Part shown: positions 1-12,433 of the stretch, in pieces
Numbering within the stretch: position 1 is the stretch's first letter
Layout: each line of letters opens with the position of its first letter
Source: Patellaria atrata CBS 101060
Lineage: Eukaryota
Direction of reading: 5' to 3'
DNA: 48,642 bases
Assembly (NCBI GenBank): GCA_010093705.1
Contig: MU006127.1
Location: 1 to 48,642, forward strand
The notes under the pieces: generated by a model
Told to the model about the DNA's origin: nothing
Databases searched by the model: none
Seen by the model: only the letters and a program-made list of their open reading frames with translations
Translations under genes and position numbers: made by a program

Positions 1-920
1 AGTCTACAGAAGATAACAAGATGTATAGCATAGAAATGGAAATTAGAAAAGAGATGGTGAAGAGGAAGAAAGACGGTTTTCCAACAATTTCCTTTATATG
101 GAGTTTAAACGTAATGGCTTTCCTTTACATATAAATTACCAGTGGGTTAAACTACTGAAGACTTCACTAAGCATATAAAGGCCCTGAAAAGGGATTTATG
201 TATATAGGGAGTTGCGCCATAACTTGAAGGCTGCATGCGCAGTATTGTAGATAATACAATATAATGGAATAAAAAAAAATGATTTCTAACCATGACCAGA
301 TTAAAAGATACCTTACCTTGCAACTTCGGGAAGCAACACAGGCTATTAATTCAAGGAAACATGGCTGATTACTTCGAATGCCTGATTATTTGTTGCGCAC
401 AGTACCTATACAGATATGGTTGAAAAATATGTGAAAAAGTACAGCCAAAGCATAGTCCATTAGTATAACGCAGAATTTGAGAATATTACTAGGAACAGAA
501 TGTACTGTAAAAATAGGTAAGGAAAAAGGAAGGGTGGACTAGCCCGTGGTGAGCTGAGTATCAAAGCCATAACTTGGCCATTGTCAACCATGGGGAGCGT
601 GTTTCCAGTGAAACTTAGGGGTAGTGTCTAAAGTTTGCAATGAATTCAAACGATCGGAACCACGAGGTCTGCACTCCTTCCATTGACAGCCTTAGGTAAG
701 ATAACTAAGGGTGCCCGAAGTTACTGGCGTTTATGGACTGTAGTAGGTATGGGAAGGTAAGGTCTGGTTGGACGACCTGCCAAGCCCGCGGCGAAACCCC
801 GAGTAGAACAACGAAAACATCACCATAACAAATCAAGTCCTCCGATCGAGCGATCGGGGCCAGTTCTCTTGCGATTCGTCGGCAGCTATTGTGTTGACTC
901 CTCTGCGGTTTCTATACCGG

Positions 921-3900
921 ATGCATACCGCCATTAGGGGCGCCAAGTGGTCTGCCATCAGGTATTCTGCGAAATTCAGAGCTGACCGAAGGTATGCTCA
1001 AGAGACACGCCAATTCCATTGGACCTTGAAAAGGCTGGAAGGAAAGCCAAATCTACCATCCGATACACCTATAAGCGATTCTCAGGATACCGAGCAAGAT
1101 GGATCACAAAAGTCGGGTGCTGACATGGTCACGGCTTCAACAACTGAAGGAGGCGCGAAGAAGGTTGGAACGCAAACATTGGTCTCGCCGTGGAGGAGAT
1201 CAAGCAGATACAAAAGAGTCAAGGAGATAAATCCCTTTCAAATCCCCGATTGGTTTTTAGAACAGAATGTCAAACTTCGGGAAGGGCTCACGTCCTTTCC
1301 AGGTCTCGAAAGGCCTTATATCCTTTCCCTTGAAATAAAGGATGCACAAACCAATGAAAGCCTACTGAGAATACCCATACATCATGGCAAAGGAGGAATG
1401 GTCAATTACCTTCACGAATTAGATGTGCAGAGGCGTCGTTCAGAAGCATTCGCTGAGGCGAAATTCATACGACCTGTATTCAATGATGCAGAACAACCAG
1501 ATTCTCTCAGGGTAGCTCAGTTTGGTCCAGAGGAGCAGATACATCACAAACTCTCTGGATTCCAGAAAAACAAGTTTTTAACCATTTTGGGCGATGATCT
1601 CCGTCGTGTGCTGTCGGAAGCGGACCAGGAAAGAGATACTCCATACTATAAAGATAACACATGGTGCAGGCATGGAGATATCCGAGATATTCCAGAGATT
1701 GATCCAAGGCTCTACGGAGAAATAGAGGCTACGATAGTCGGTTCTCTGCTCTCTGGAAGTTCTGCAACAACTGGCGAATATCATTCATTCCCGCATTCGA
1801 AGGCTAATTTGCTGCTACAGAGTGCACAAGATGGTTCCATCTCTCTTATCGACAGTTTGATTACTCAGATAGCTTCAAAGCATGGAGCTGACATTATTGA
1901 ACTCGATTCTCAGCATATCGCAGAATTAGCGGGAGACTATCTCGGTGACGGACTGAAACCTGAGAGACAATCTATCCGTAATTTCAGTTATGATGTGTAT
2001 GAGAGCGAAGAAGAGTTGAATGCGGAAGAAGATGACGATGCACCCCAACCCTGGCTCGGTTTAACTGACCTTGTGGAATCGATGAAGCGGAACGGTATCC
2101 CAGGATTCATAAACGGTTCTAGGATAGGAACTGCTCATGAACCTGGCTCAAATACTCTGCATAAGGGACCTTCTATTCAGCAGAGAAGTATCGCAATTGA
2201 CTGGGACAGTAGGAAGTTGTCCACTCTACTTGACACTTTACTGGATGCACACATATTGAAAAGATCTCAACTTGAAGAATCTCGTCGCTGTAAAGCTCAG
2301 CCACCCCTATATCCTGATGTAGACGTTAATGAACAGGGTTCGCCACTTGCTGAACTTCATCTTAAAGCGTTCACAGAAGGTAGCGCTGATAACTCTTCCA
2401 AGGGGAGATATCTCAGCCTCCGAGTTGATAAAGCAGCTCCTAGAAGCTCCGCACATAGCACGACGGCTGACAGAACTATAATCTTACTGAAGGACATGAT
2501 GGAACTTATTGCGTCTCCTCATGGCTCTATCATTGTTGACAAGCTTGCCGATGCCGTTGCAGAAAAACGACGAGCGGGACACAATATTATGATCATCGGC
2601 ACCACAGCTTCTTCAACACTGATGCCTGAGCTTTCTGTAGACTGCATCGACGAGATTCAAGCCCAAGACGACGAAAACTCCCTATTCCGAACAATTTTCG
2701 TCTTCTTCGGTAGATCTGTGCCTCAAGTGAAAGATTTTCTACCAAAACTAGGCTATTCTATGCAGGGCTGGTATAATCCTAGCGATGACATATACGTTCG
2801 AGCACACCGGCACAGGAACATGGAAATCAATGTCCGTCACATCAAAAACATGCTAAAACAATTTCATCAGAATACTCAAGGACTTGATGGCTCTAATTGC
2901 GATTTAATGTTACCGTCCACTGTCTATTTTGCTTGTGAACCCTATTACACCGAACAAGACATGCAGTTTATTGGGCTGAAGCTTGATGATACTCACAGTA
3001 TTTCTCCTTTTGAAGTAAAGGTTCTGTCCTTTCCTGAAGTTCATAGACTTGTCTTAACTGCCATCGGAGTACACAGGCTCTCTAATTCTAAATCCTCAAT
3101 CAATGGCCTTCATATCACGACAGCAGCTATGCTAATAAGACAGAGTGATTGGGCTAAGAAAATTTGGGTGAGGAATAATTCTAAGCGTGCGGATGAAACC
3201 AGACACGATGATGAACATAGTTCTCTTTCGGATAGTGAACTACATGAGAATCAAGGCAAAAAAGAAAAATCCGAGTACAATAAGTACGAACGTCGATTAC
3301 TCCTAGGTGTTATCGACGCATCGAAGATCAATACGACGTTCAAAGATGTCCATGTTTCTCAGGAGACTATTGAAGCCCTGGAAACTTTGACGTCTCTTTA
3401 TTTTATACGCCCGGATGCTTTCAAGTATGGCGTTTTAGCATCAGGTAAGATTCCCGGTGTCCTACTATATGGTCCTCCTGGGACAGGCAAAACCCTCCTC
3501 GCAAAGGCATTGGCGAAGGAAAGTGGCGCTAAAGTTCTCGAGATTTCAGCTGGAGAGATCAACGATAAGTACGTTGGAGAAGGTGAAAAGAATGTAAAAG
3601 CTATGTTTTCACTTGCGCGCAAACTTTCACCTTGCGTGGTTTTCATTGATGAAGCGGATTCACTCCTTCACACACGTAGTGGCGACCGCGGCAACGGTCG
3701 ACGAGAAGTAATCAACCAATTTTTAAAAGAGTGGGATGGTATGAATGATTCTAGTGTCTTTATCATGGCATCAACCAATCGTCCATTCGATCTTGATGAT
3801 GCCGTAATTCGACGTCTACCAAGACGCCTACTAGTTGATCTTCCTCAAGAATCAGATCGAGAAAAGATCCTGCAGATTCATTTAAAGAATGAGTTACTGG

Positions 3901-4604
3901 ATACTAATGTCAACCTCAAACAACTAGCCGCAGATACTCCCTTGTATTCCGGTTCGGATTTGAAAAATCTCTGCGTTGCTGCAGCTCTTGCATGCGTAAA
4001 AGAGGAGAACACTGCCGCTGTCCCTCTCGATAAAAACTATTCTGAAAGGAAGACAGACTTTTCTCAACTTTCTTACGAAGCTCACACAACTAATACTAAG
4101 AACAAAAGGAACCAGGAAGAAATTCTGCGTATAGTATCTGGTGGAGCAATTGAGGATCTCTTGAAAGATGGATCTCACATATCTGCCTCTAAGATTGAGG
4201 AACTTGAACGAGAGAGACACATGCTTTTACAAAATAACATGCATGATCTCGTCCGAGCTTTGTGGCCTGAACGCCAACTCCCTGCCCAACTGGTCAGTAA
4301 TTTGCAAGCCGACACATCTAGGAAACCGGACGAAGACAGTCTAAAGGAAGAGAAGAAAATTTCTTTCGCTACCGAGTCATCGTTCCTGTTACCCAAGCGA
4401 AGAGTTCTCTCGAAGCGTCATTTTGACAAGGCTTTGAAAGAGATCAGTGCCAGTGTCAGCGGAGATATGGGAAGTTTGCGCCAAATGAAGAAATTCGATG
4501 AGCAATATGGCGACCGTAAAGGTAGAAAGAAGAGGGATAATATAGGATTCGGTGGGTTTGATCAAGGAACTGAGGAGGACAGAGCAAGAGTAAGGGGGAA
4601 GTGA
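921..4604 (+). CDS. Large fungal AAA+ ATPase (Msp1/ATAD1/spastin-like C-terminal AAA domain plus a degenerate N-terminal AAA-like region), possibly mitochondrial
   Basis: Single uninterrupted ORF; first ATG at 921 (the ORF track starts at a GTG, 891). Walker A GPPGTGKT, pore loop KYVGEGEK, Walker B VFIDEAD, SRH STNRPFDLDDAVIRRLPRR, lid YSGSDLKNLC. The Arg-rich, acid-poor N-terminus resembles a mitochondrial presequence. Confidence 0.85.
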   Translation: MHTAIRGAKWSAIRYSAKFRADRRYAQETRQFHWTLKRLEGKPNLPSDTPISDSQDTEQDGSQKSGADMVTASTTEGGAKKVGTQTLVSPWRRSSRYKRVKEINPFQIPDWFLEQNVKLREGLTSFPGLERPYILSLEIKDAQTNESLLRIPIHHGKGGMVNYLHELDVQRRRSEAFAEAKFIRPVFNDAEQPDSLRVAQFGPEEQIHHKLSGFQKNKFLTILGDDLRRVLSEADQERDTPYYKDNTWCRHGDIRDIPEIDPRLYGEIEATIVGSLLSGSSATTGEYHSFPHSKANLLLQSAQDGSISLIDSLITQIASKHGADIIELDSQHIAELAGDYLGDGLKPERQSIRNFSYDVYESEEELNAEEDDDAPQPWLGLTDLVESMKRNGIPGFINGSRIGTAHEPGSNTLHKGPSIQQRSIAIDWDSRKLSTLLDTLLDAHILKRSQLEESRRCKAQPPLYPDVDVNEQGSPLAELHLKAFTEGSADNSSKGRYLSLRVDKAAPRSSAHSTTADRTIILLKDMMELIASPHGSIIVDKLADAVAEKRRAGHNIMIIGTTASSTLMPELSVDCIDEIQAQDDENSLFRTIFVFFGRSVPQVKDFLPKLGYSMQGWYNPSDDIYVRAHRHRNMEINVRHIKNMLKQFHQNTQGLDGSNCDLMLPSTVYFACEPYYTEQDMQFIGLKLDDTHSISPFEVKVLSFPEVHRLVLTAIGVHRLSNSKSSINGLHITTAAMLIRQSDWAKKIWVRNNSKRADETRHDDEHSSLSDSELHENQGKKEKSEYNKYERRLLLGVIDASKINTTFKDVHVSQETIEALETLTSLYFIRPDAFKYGVLASGKIPGVLLYGPPGTGKTLLAKALAKESGAKVLEISAGEINDKYVGEGEKNVKAMFSLARKLSPCVVFIDEADSLLHTRSGDRGNGRREVINQFLKEWDGMNDSSVFIMASTNRPFDLDDAVIRRLPRRLLVDLPQESDREKILQIHLKNELLDTNVNLKQLAADTPLYSGSDLKNLCVAAALACVKEENTAAVPLDKNYSERKTDFSQLSYEAHTTNTKNKRNQEEILRIVSGGAIEDLLKDGSHISASKIEELERERHMLLQNNMHDLVRALWPERQLPAQLVSNLQADTSRKPDEDSLKEEKKISFATESSFLLPKRRVLSKRHFDKALKEISASVSGDMGSLRQMKKFDEQYGDRKGRKKRDNIGFGGFDQGTEEDRARVRGK

Positions 4605-5130
4605 GGTTTGTGGTCTCGATACCCCTTGTCAGTATTGGATGCTTCTCTGTATATTTATTTTACTGTAGCACGTGTGGAGATATATAACCATTGGTAGCTG
4701 GCTGTGTCTTCTATAGACGTTCGAATCAATCTAATGCCGTTTATTTGACATTGGAGTAACGTGGTAGGTGGCAAAGGCCATTCAGTGTTCTAGAGGAGAC
4801 GTCTAATTAAAAAAGGATTTCCGGACCTCAAAGCGAACGTTGCATCGTCGAAAAGCTGGGCACTTAGTCCTAAATAGGATGAGTCTGCAATCTTCTTCCT
4901 GCTACTCTTATTCGGTTCTAACGGCCAAAGTCGATCGCTTGCTGGGATAAGTGTCAAAATCCAGGTTCGAATTTATATTATGCGGGGAAGCAGCCGCTCC
5001 ACTAATGTTGTCCATGTGCTCTGCAGGAACCCGACTTGACAATCTTCTAGAGTTATAAACTGAAAATGGCGCCACTTAGAAAAATGCTTTCATTTTGCAT
5101 GTGGAGGCAGTTTTTCTCACAGTCATCACC

Positions 5131-7723
5131 ATGGCTGTCGCCGCCATCATCACTGCTTTTCTTGCAGCACCGGTGTTCTCTAGGAATATCTATAAGAGAG
5201 CGAATACTTCTAATACCTACAACTATGTGGATCCTATGATTGGGACGTTGGATGGAGGTCCGTATGTGTTCTTCGGTCTGTTTTAGGTACATGTGTTAAC
5301 GTGGGATGCAGGCCATGTATTTGCCGGAGCAACACTACCATACGGAATGGCGAAAGCAGTCGCAGACTCTCATAGCGGACAAGCCATGGGCGGGTTTACT
5401 CCGGATGACAGTCAGGTCCTAGGGTTTTCGCACATGCACGACTCTGGAACAGGAGGTGTTAGTCTTCGTCGATATCTAATGTTCCATGTTCGAATACTAA
5501 CTGCGAGACAAGGGAATGTCAATGGGAGCTTTGCCAATTTTCATAACCGCCGGATGCCCTGGAGATGATATCAATCGATGTGTATTCAATAAAATGAATC
5601 GTGGATATATGCCAGACTACAACTCGCTGAGCGTGCGGCCTGGATATTTCGCCCTCAATGTCACCGAAACTACGCTGAATACGACATTAAGAGCGGAAAT
5701 GACGGCTTCGAATAAGACAGCTTTATACCGCTTTAAGTTCCCTGAATACCCAGATCCCATATCCTTCCCAAATCCGAACACCGTAGAGGTACAAACTGCG
5801 AAGTTTCGTCCTTTCCTTTTCGTCGACTTGTCGGATCTTGCGAACACTAGAATCGAAGGGTCCGCATCTGTAGACGCAGAAACCAGCCGGATGACCGCAT
5901 CGGGGAGGTTCGTTCCAAGCTTTGGTACTGGCGACTATCAAATTTATATATGCGCCGATGTGAAAGGTGCGCCGATTAAGAACAATGGAGTGTTCATTAA
6001 CACCCGTGCGGGAGCTGAACCAAAGAGCATAAATGTGACGAGAGACGGTGTTAATAACCCCCCCGAAATCCTACCCGCGGGCGTGTGGACGCAATTTGAA
6101 CCCCCCCCTGAGAGGGAAATCCTCGTCCGTGTGGGCCTTAGCTTCGTTAGCGAAGAGAAGGCGTGCGCAAATGCTGAGCGCGAGATCCCAGACTTTGACT
6201 TCGAGGGGACGCTTGACACAGCCGTAGCCGCATGGGAAGACAAACTTTCGGTCGTCTCCGTAGAGATACCACCAGACATGGATCCGCAGTACCCAAAGGG
6301 CTTCTGGTCAGGAATCTACCGCACCATGCTCTCACCACAAGATTATACGGGCGAGAACCCGTTCTGGGAGTCTGATGAACCCTATTACGACAGCTTCTAC
6401 TGCATCTGGGACTCCTTCCGCAGCATCCACCCCTTCCTAACCCTCATCGACCCACAAGCACAAACCGACATGGTCCGCGCTATGATTGACATCTACCGTC
6501 ACGAAGGTAAGTTGCCGGACTGTCGTATGTCATTTTGTAAGGGATTCACGCAGGGCGGCTCTAACGCCGATATCGTGCTCGTGGATGCCTATCTTAAGAA
6601 CCTCACTGCGAACATCGACTGGAATACAGCCTACGAGGCATTGATCTCTGATGCTGAAGATGAGCCGCCAAACTGGGCGGTAGAGGGGAGGGGTGGCCTC
6701 AAGAGCTGGAAAGAACTCCACTACATCCCCGCTGACGACTTCGATCCCTACGGCTCCGGTCCTTTCACCCGTAGCGTCTCGCGCACGGTCGAGTACGCGT
6801 ACGACGACTTCGTCATCGGCACTCTCGCCGCTTTACTCGGGAAAACGGAAGACGCGGCGAAATACCGCGAGCGGGGGACGTACTGGCGGAACCTGTTCAA
6901 CCCAACCACACGCTCAGTTCTTCGGGCGGAAGACACAAACTTCACCGGCTTCCTACAACCGCGCTTTGCAAACGGCAGCTGGGGGTTCCAGGACCCAGCC
7001 CGTTGCTCACCCGTAGTGCTACAACACGCTTGCTACCTGAACCCTAACGGCGGCGAAACTTACGAAGGGCCCATATGGCTCTACACCCTCTTTGCCCCAG
7101 GGCACATGTCGTCCCTCATTACTCTCCTCGGCGGACCCGAATCTTTCGTCAAGCGCCTCGATTTCATGTTCACCTCTGGCCTCCTCTACATCGGCAACGA
7201 AGTGTCCTTCCTCTCCCTCTTCCTCTACCATTACGTCGGCCGACCAGGCCGCTCAACTTACCGCGTCCACCAATTCATACCAGCCCAGTTCACCGCCACC
7301 TGGGGCGGTCTCCCCGGTAACGACGACTCCGGCGCCATGGGCTCCTTCCAGGCGTTCGCCATGATGGGCATCTTTCCCAATGCCGGGCAGGACGTCTATC
7401 TCATCACCGCGCCGTTCTTTCCTGAAGTCAGCGTCAAAAACCCCCAGACGGGGAAGACGGCGACAGTAAAGTGCAAGAACTGGGATAAAGAGTACCATAA
7501 TATTTATATCCAGAGCGCAAAGTTAGACGGAGAGGTCTATACAAAGAGTTGGTTGACACATAAATTCTTTCTCGAGGGCGGGATGTTGGAGTTGGTGCTG
7601 GGCGATACGGAGAGCGAGACGTGGGGACGTGCACTAGAAGACTTGCCGCCAAGTGTTGATATAGATTTAGGCAGACAGGTGTTTGAATCGCGGTGGGCGG
7701 ATGGGACGGTTATTAGAGCATAG
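5131..7723 (+). CDS. Secreted glycoside hydrolase family 92 (alpha-1,2-mannosidase-like); exons 5131-5257, 5312-5457, 5513-7723
   Basis: Signal peptide MAVAAIITAFLAAPVFS followed by a Kex2-type KR. GH92 motifs YVDPMIGT..GGHVFAGATLPYGM, GFSHMHDSGTGG, YCIWDSFRS, TQGGSNAD, SRTVEYAYDD, IGNE, LPGNDDSGAM. Introns 5258-5311 and 5458-5512 restore the frame. Confidence 0.92.
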
Positions 7724-8000
7724 GTCATCAGCATTGCAGGTTTCGGGTAAAATTGTACATGAGAGAATTGAAGTCATCATAATTATATTTTGCGTCATCT
7801 TTCTATCGTCAGAGGGCTAATCCAACGCGAATATCATGCAATATGTGTTCCCTCTTCATGTCTTCATGAATCAAGCCCTCGATTAGTAACGTTTGTCAAC
7901 CCAGAAACCGTATGGGGTATAATTTAAGGAATGTCCATCATTACAACGCCAAGATACCTTTTGCCTTTCCCTTACATCCACCTTGCAAACGCCAAAATAA

Positions 8001-11000
8001 TTACAACCTACTCGTCCTTTTCGCCAGCTTTGCATACATTTGCATAACCGGACTCTGGTGCGGAACAGCTGGACTTTGCTGAAAGTCAGCCGGACTCTGG
8101 TGCAAACCAGGCGTATTCGGCGTCGGCGGATGATAAATAGTAGCGCCACCACGATGGAAGTGCCTTTGACGAGACCCTATGGGCCGCTCCCCGCTCTCCA
8201 TAAAGAGGTGGTCTCCTTCCGTGTTGACATACCAGTTGACCTTATACTGGTCTCCTTCTGGACCACCACCACATGAGCCTGCGAGTAAATGTGATGGCGG
8301 GGAGTTGATTGCGATCGTTAAAAGGTTGGGTGGTTCGGAGAAGTCAGTCACGAGACCCTTGTGGATGAGGAAGTATGCTAGGACTCCGATATTGGTCAGA
8401 AACACGAGGAGTAGAACCGGGAAGAAGGCTTTGTTGCTGGCATCGGTTCCGCCAGACGTGTATTCTTGTGCTCGTATGGAAGCATTGAAGTATTGGAACT
8501 GTGGGTTGTCAAGTATCGTGGCAGAATAATTCTAGACCGAGAATCAGATACTACAACTCGAGTATAGCATACATTCTAGTGAAACACGGAATATGACTTA
8601 CCCAGAATTGGACGAATGGTGAATCCTGTGATGACTGTAATAAGGTACAACTAGCGAGAACCTTCGAACGAAGTTAATAATCCAATATCAAAATCAAAAT
8701 AGGATGGATGAGGAGCATACCGCTATGGCCTCCGCTATTGAGGGAAGAGCCGGGTTTAAGCTTGGTTTGCGTAATATGAGTTGGGATAGAATGCGTGAGT
8801 TGCTAGCATTTGCATCATTGATTCCAGTATTCAGTGACAAACTGTTAGCCCATTCAGAGCCTACATTTTTCCAGTCCTTATCCGGTATACCGGTCGTGGC
8901 GTTATGGAGGCTTTTGATGAACGTCATTTCATCGAACGGATCTTCACATAGTGTCTCCATGGTACCACCTTTTGCAGTCGCATTATAACGAGCAGAGCAA
9001 TTCGCGGTTAGGGAAACTTTGATGGAACATAGTGAATAGAGTCCGGCAAGAGCATCACCTCCAGCAGCGAGAAGGTATATTTCCGGTCTGGCCCACACAA
9101 TGCCGGTCTGGTTAAGGATTGTATTGAACGGCTTCGGTAGTTTTGCAAAGAATGGTGGTTGCCTGCCAGATTCGTTTTTCCAGCCAAAAACTTCATCAAA
9201 AACAGTGCGGTTACCCACGTGTATATCAGTGAATACGCCTGGAAACTCGCCAGAAGTCCAGTTGTCCTTTGCGTGAGGCCATTTGTCGTAAATTAGGGGA
9301 GCAATTTCTTCCTCCTTTACATTTGTACAGAGTACATTTGCGACCGGATTCGGTACAGATGCATGCACCGAGTATACGCCAAGCCCATCTAGCTCCTCTA
9401 CAATATTGTTAGTTTTTGTGTTCAACTCGAATCATTTTATCAATAGACACTCCTAAGTGCAATCATGTTGTGTTGTATATCAGATTCAAGAAAAAACCTA
9501 ATAACATGCTTTTGTAGAATTGACTGCTCCTTCAATGCTATCGGGCGTGTTGTATAAGTATGGGAAAAGACGTTAATTTAGAACTCACCGGGTTGCATCA
9601 GACCGTTGATTTGGTTTCGGCTAGCTTCGAATATACCTGCATGAGGCATTGCTAGGGAAACATTGTTAATAATTCTTCCAAATTTTTCATGACTGGCAGT
9701 CTCATTAATGGTCTCTACCCAAGACCCGATGACTGTGGTGTTCTCATGGAGTAGGCCGAGTGCCTTTGGTCTAGTCTCCATGTCCGTCGAGCCATTCCCG
9801 TTACCTGCTACCATGTCCCAACTGCGCAGAAATCGTTGATAATTGTGGTATCCCTGCGCAGCATGCTCAATCTGTACACAGGTATTTTCGCCAAAGGAGG
9901 GATCAGAATCGAAAGGGATGGGTGTTGGACATTGCTTTCCGATATACTTAGGATTCGCAAAAGATGCTACAACTCTGCCTTGCATAACTCTACGCTCCCA
10001 GGGGCTAAATTTGAGTTGCGGGGTCACTATGCACGAGGTCAATGGACGGATACTGGACGACGGATCCTAAATTATAAGAGGGTCACATACCTAGAGCATT
10101 GGCCGCAGTGGTATAGAGCATCGCAACAATGGCAGCAATAAGTGATGAAGCGCCGAGAACGGATAGTGCTGCATATTTTACCGCTTCCCAATGCGTAAAC
10201 ATAGTAGCTGGTTGAAGTATCCAGGATCGCATATTCCATTCAGCGAGGGTGACACCCTTTCCTTCTTTCATGAACGCACGCCTGGACAGAACCTGACCAA
10301 GAAAGGCCACGAATAAAGCAACAAACGACAGCTCTACGGTCTTAGCCAGTATGTTTACGACCAAACCGGCGTTAGATGGAGTGATAGGTCCATTAGTGCG
10401 AACTGTATGGCCCCACCGGGTACCGTTAAAAGCAATGATAAGAAATATGCCAGACAGTGCGGTCGAGTATACAGCCACTACCAATATGGAGATCGCCAGC
10501 CAGTTTGCGCGACCCCGGTAGAAGTGTTTACGAGTAGAGCATTGCTTTGGGGGGTCGAAGTCCCTTTCGTATGCAGATTTTACCGAGATCGCTGCGCTGT
10601 GACGCTTGATGTTATCCCCGCTAGCAGGAACTCTTTGGTAAGAGTCCTGATGCTCGTAACCTGAGTGCAGTGAGGAGATAGATGCGGAAGGATTCGATCT
10701 CGATTTCTGAGCTTCATTCTCAGGCCCAATGTAGTCATAGTGCCCACCGACGCCCTCATATTGTGCGCTCCCACTAAGGTCAGACACATGCCGTAGGTTG
10801 CTCGGAGGTGAAAAAGGTGAACCAGAGAGACTTCTATGTGATGGCGAAGCAGATGAGCGTGACGCATGTTTCGACCCGACCGGGACTCTAGCTATAGATT
10901 GACCTGAGATTCTCCGACCAAGGTTTGGTATCGTTCCGGTAGTAATGCCCAAGCCTCGACTTGCAGATTGCACATCGAAGGAATCTGCAATATCTCCCTC

Positions 11001-11210
11001 GAATCTCTGGTCTCGTGCATAGTCCTCCTCTTCAATCGTTTGATCAGACTCTAATCTCGAGTATCCGGGCCTGCTTCGAAACGGCGATCGAGGTGATAGA
11101 GGCGACACGGAATGCTGTTGGTAATAGAGGTGTGGTGGAGTGGAGAGGTCGGAGAGCTCAGAAGATTCAGACACCAGAGGTCGGCGATCCGACAAAATAC
11201 CCTCGGCCAT
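8001..11210 (-). CDS. Uncharacterised fungal multi-pass membrane protein; exons 11210-10091, 10026-9589, 9397-8721, 8661-8602, 8531-8001
   Basis: Four ORF-track pieces plus a 60-nt exon (VLASCTLLQSSQDSPFVQFW) join in frame through GT-AG introns. Ser/Pro-rich disordered N-terminus, three hydrophobic segments, a large domain rich in N-x-S/T sites, and a final TM helix (FFPVLLLVFLTNIGVLAYFLI). Confidence 0.8.
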
Positions 11211-11656
11211 ACGAGAATTGCTGCCTTATGGCCTGGCAACTCTACAATACCGGAATGAATCTGGTATGCGCCTTCTGGGAGCTGTTTCAAGTAAATCGAC
11301 AGAGCAACCAATCGTATTAGTTAGATCGATCAGTTCGTGGACGGTGACGGAAGCCACCCGCACAGAGGAAATTCAAAGTGCAAGATGCAGATACTGGTAA
11401 GAACGCAAAAATTACTTAAGTGAAAGGTTCTAGTATGAGAAATGGGAAGGTCATGAAAAATGAGTTGTAGGATTCAGTAGCCCGAACCTAAGGACCAGTG
11501 TCCAGCAAAAGTCACGAGCGTCGAGCGTCCGAGACAGAACATGTCAGAGAGGGCTGCCATAGCTCAAACACATGCTGGCAGCACATATTGACAGAATTGC
11601 ACTGAATGAGGCTTGAGCTAGACAGTCAGAATGGGGGATTGAGAGACCGGGACCAG

Positions 11657-11684
11657 TGGGGGCTGCTATTTGGGGGCTGCTATC
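11657..11684 (+). repeat. 14-bp tandem duplication (tgggggctgctatY) x2, upstream of the membrane-protein gene
   Basis: tgggggctgctatt tgggggctgctatc read directly. Confidence 0.7.
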
Positions 11685-12433
11685 GAGGATCCCCTTGGTC
11701 CAAGTCCTATAGCAAACAAGATGTGTGGCACAACTAGATATCTAAAATTGTCAACACCATATGACATTTCATGGTTTGGGTTTTACAGCTATTCGTACAA
11801 ACTTTCAAGCTTTGATGAATTCAGCAGTATTCTCCGTATCGACTACAGTAGCTAGTTCCACTTAGTTCGATGATTGACCTCTCGATTTGGGGTGACGCAG
11901 GTGAAAGGGTTGAATAGTTCCTTGTTGGACGGTAATAAGGCAATCGATAAGGCAATAAATCATACATCTTAGTCTCTTAGCTAAGAACGCCTCAATTAAG
12001 TAGGAGTATAGAAATAGTAGTAGATGCATAGACACAAGCAAAAGGTACTTTGCGATAAAATCTCAATGAAAAGAATTTTATATATGCTCTGGAGCTGTAG
12101 AACCTACGTACACTACAAATCAATAACCGAAAGTCAATTTTAGCCACCAGAGGTCCCATCGGATTCAGTGTAAATAGCAGCCTGCACTCCGCCACTCACA
12201 CCCAACATAACGAGAGGCCTCTAGCATATCTACTCCACTCGGAAAAACCATCCCGTTTTGTCCGCCTTCATCTATTGTACATGGAATTTCGCATCAAGGT
12301 CGTGTCGAAAGAAATGCCCGTCCTGATGCCTAAGCTCCGTAACCCGCCCTGCTAATTGAACAAACACCACGCATGCGCCATCAAATGCTCGCACTTCCAC
12401 TCTCCTTCATAAATTTGGAACAAGCAACACTGT

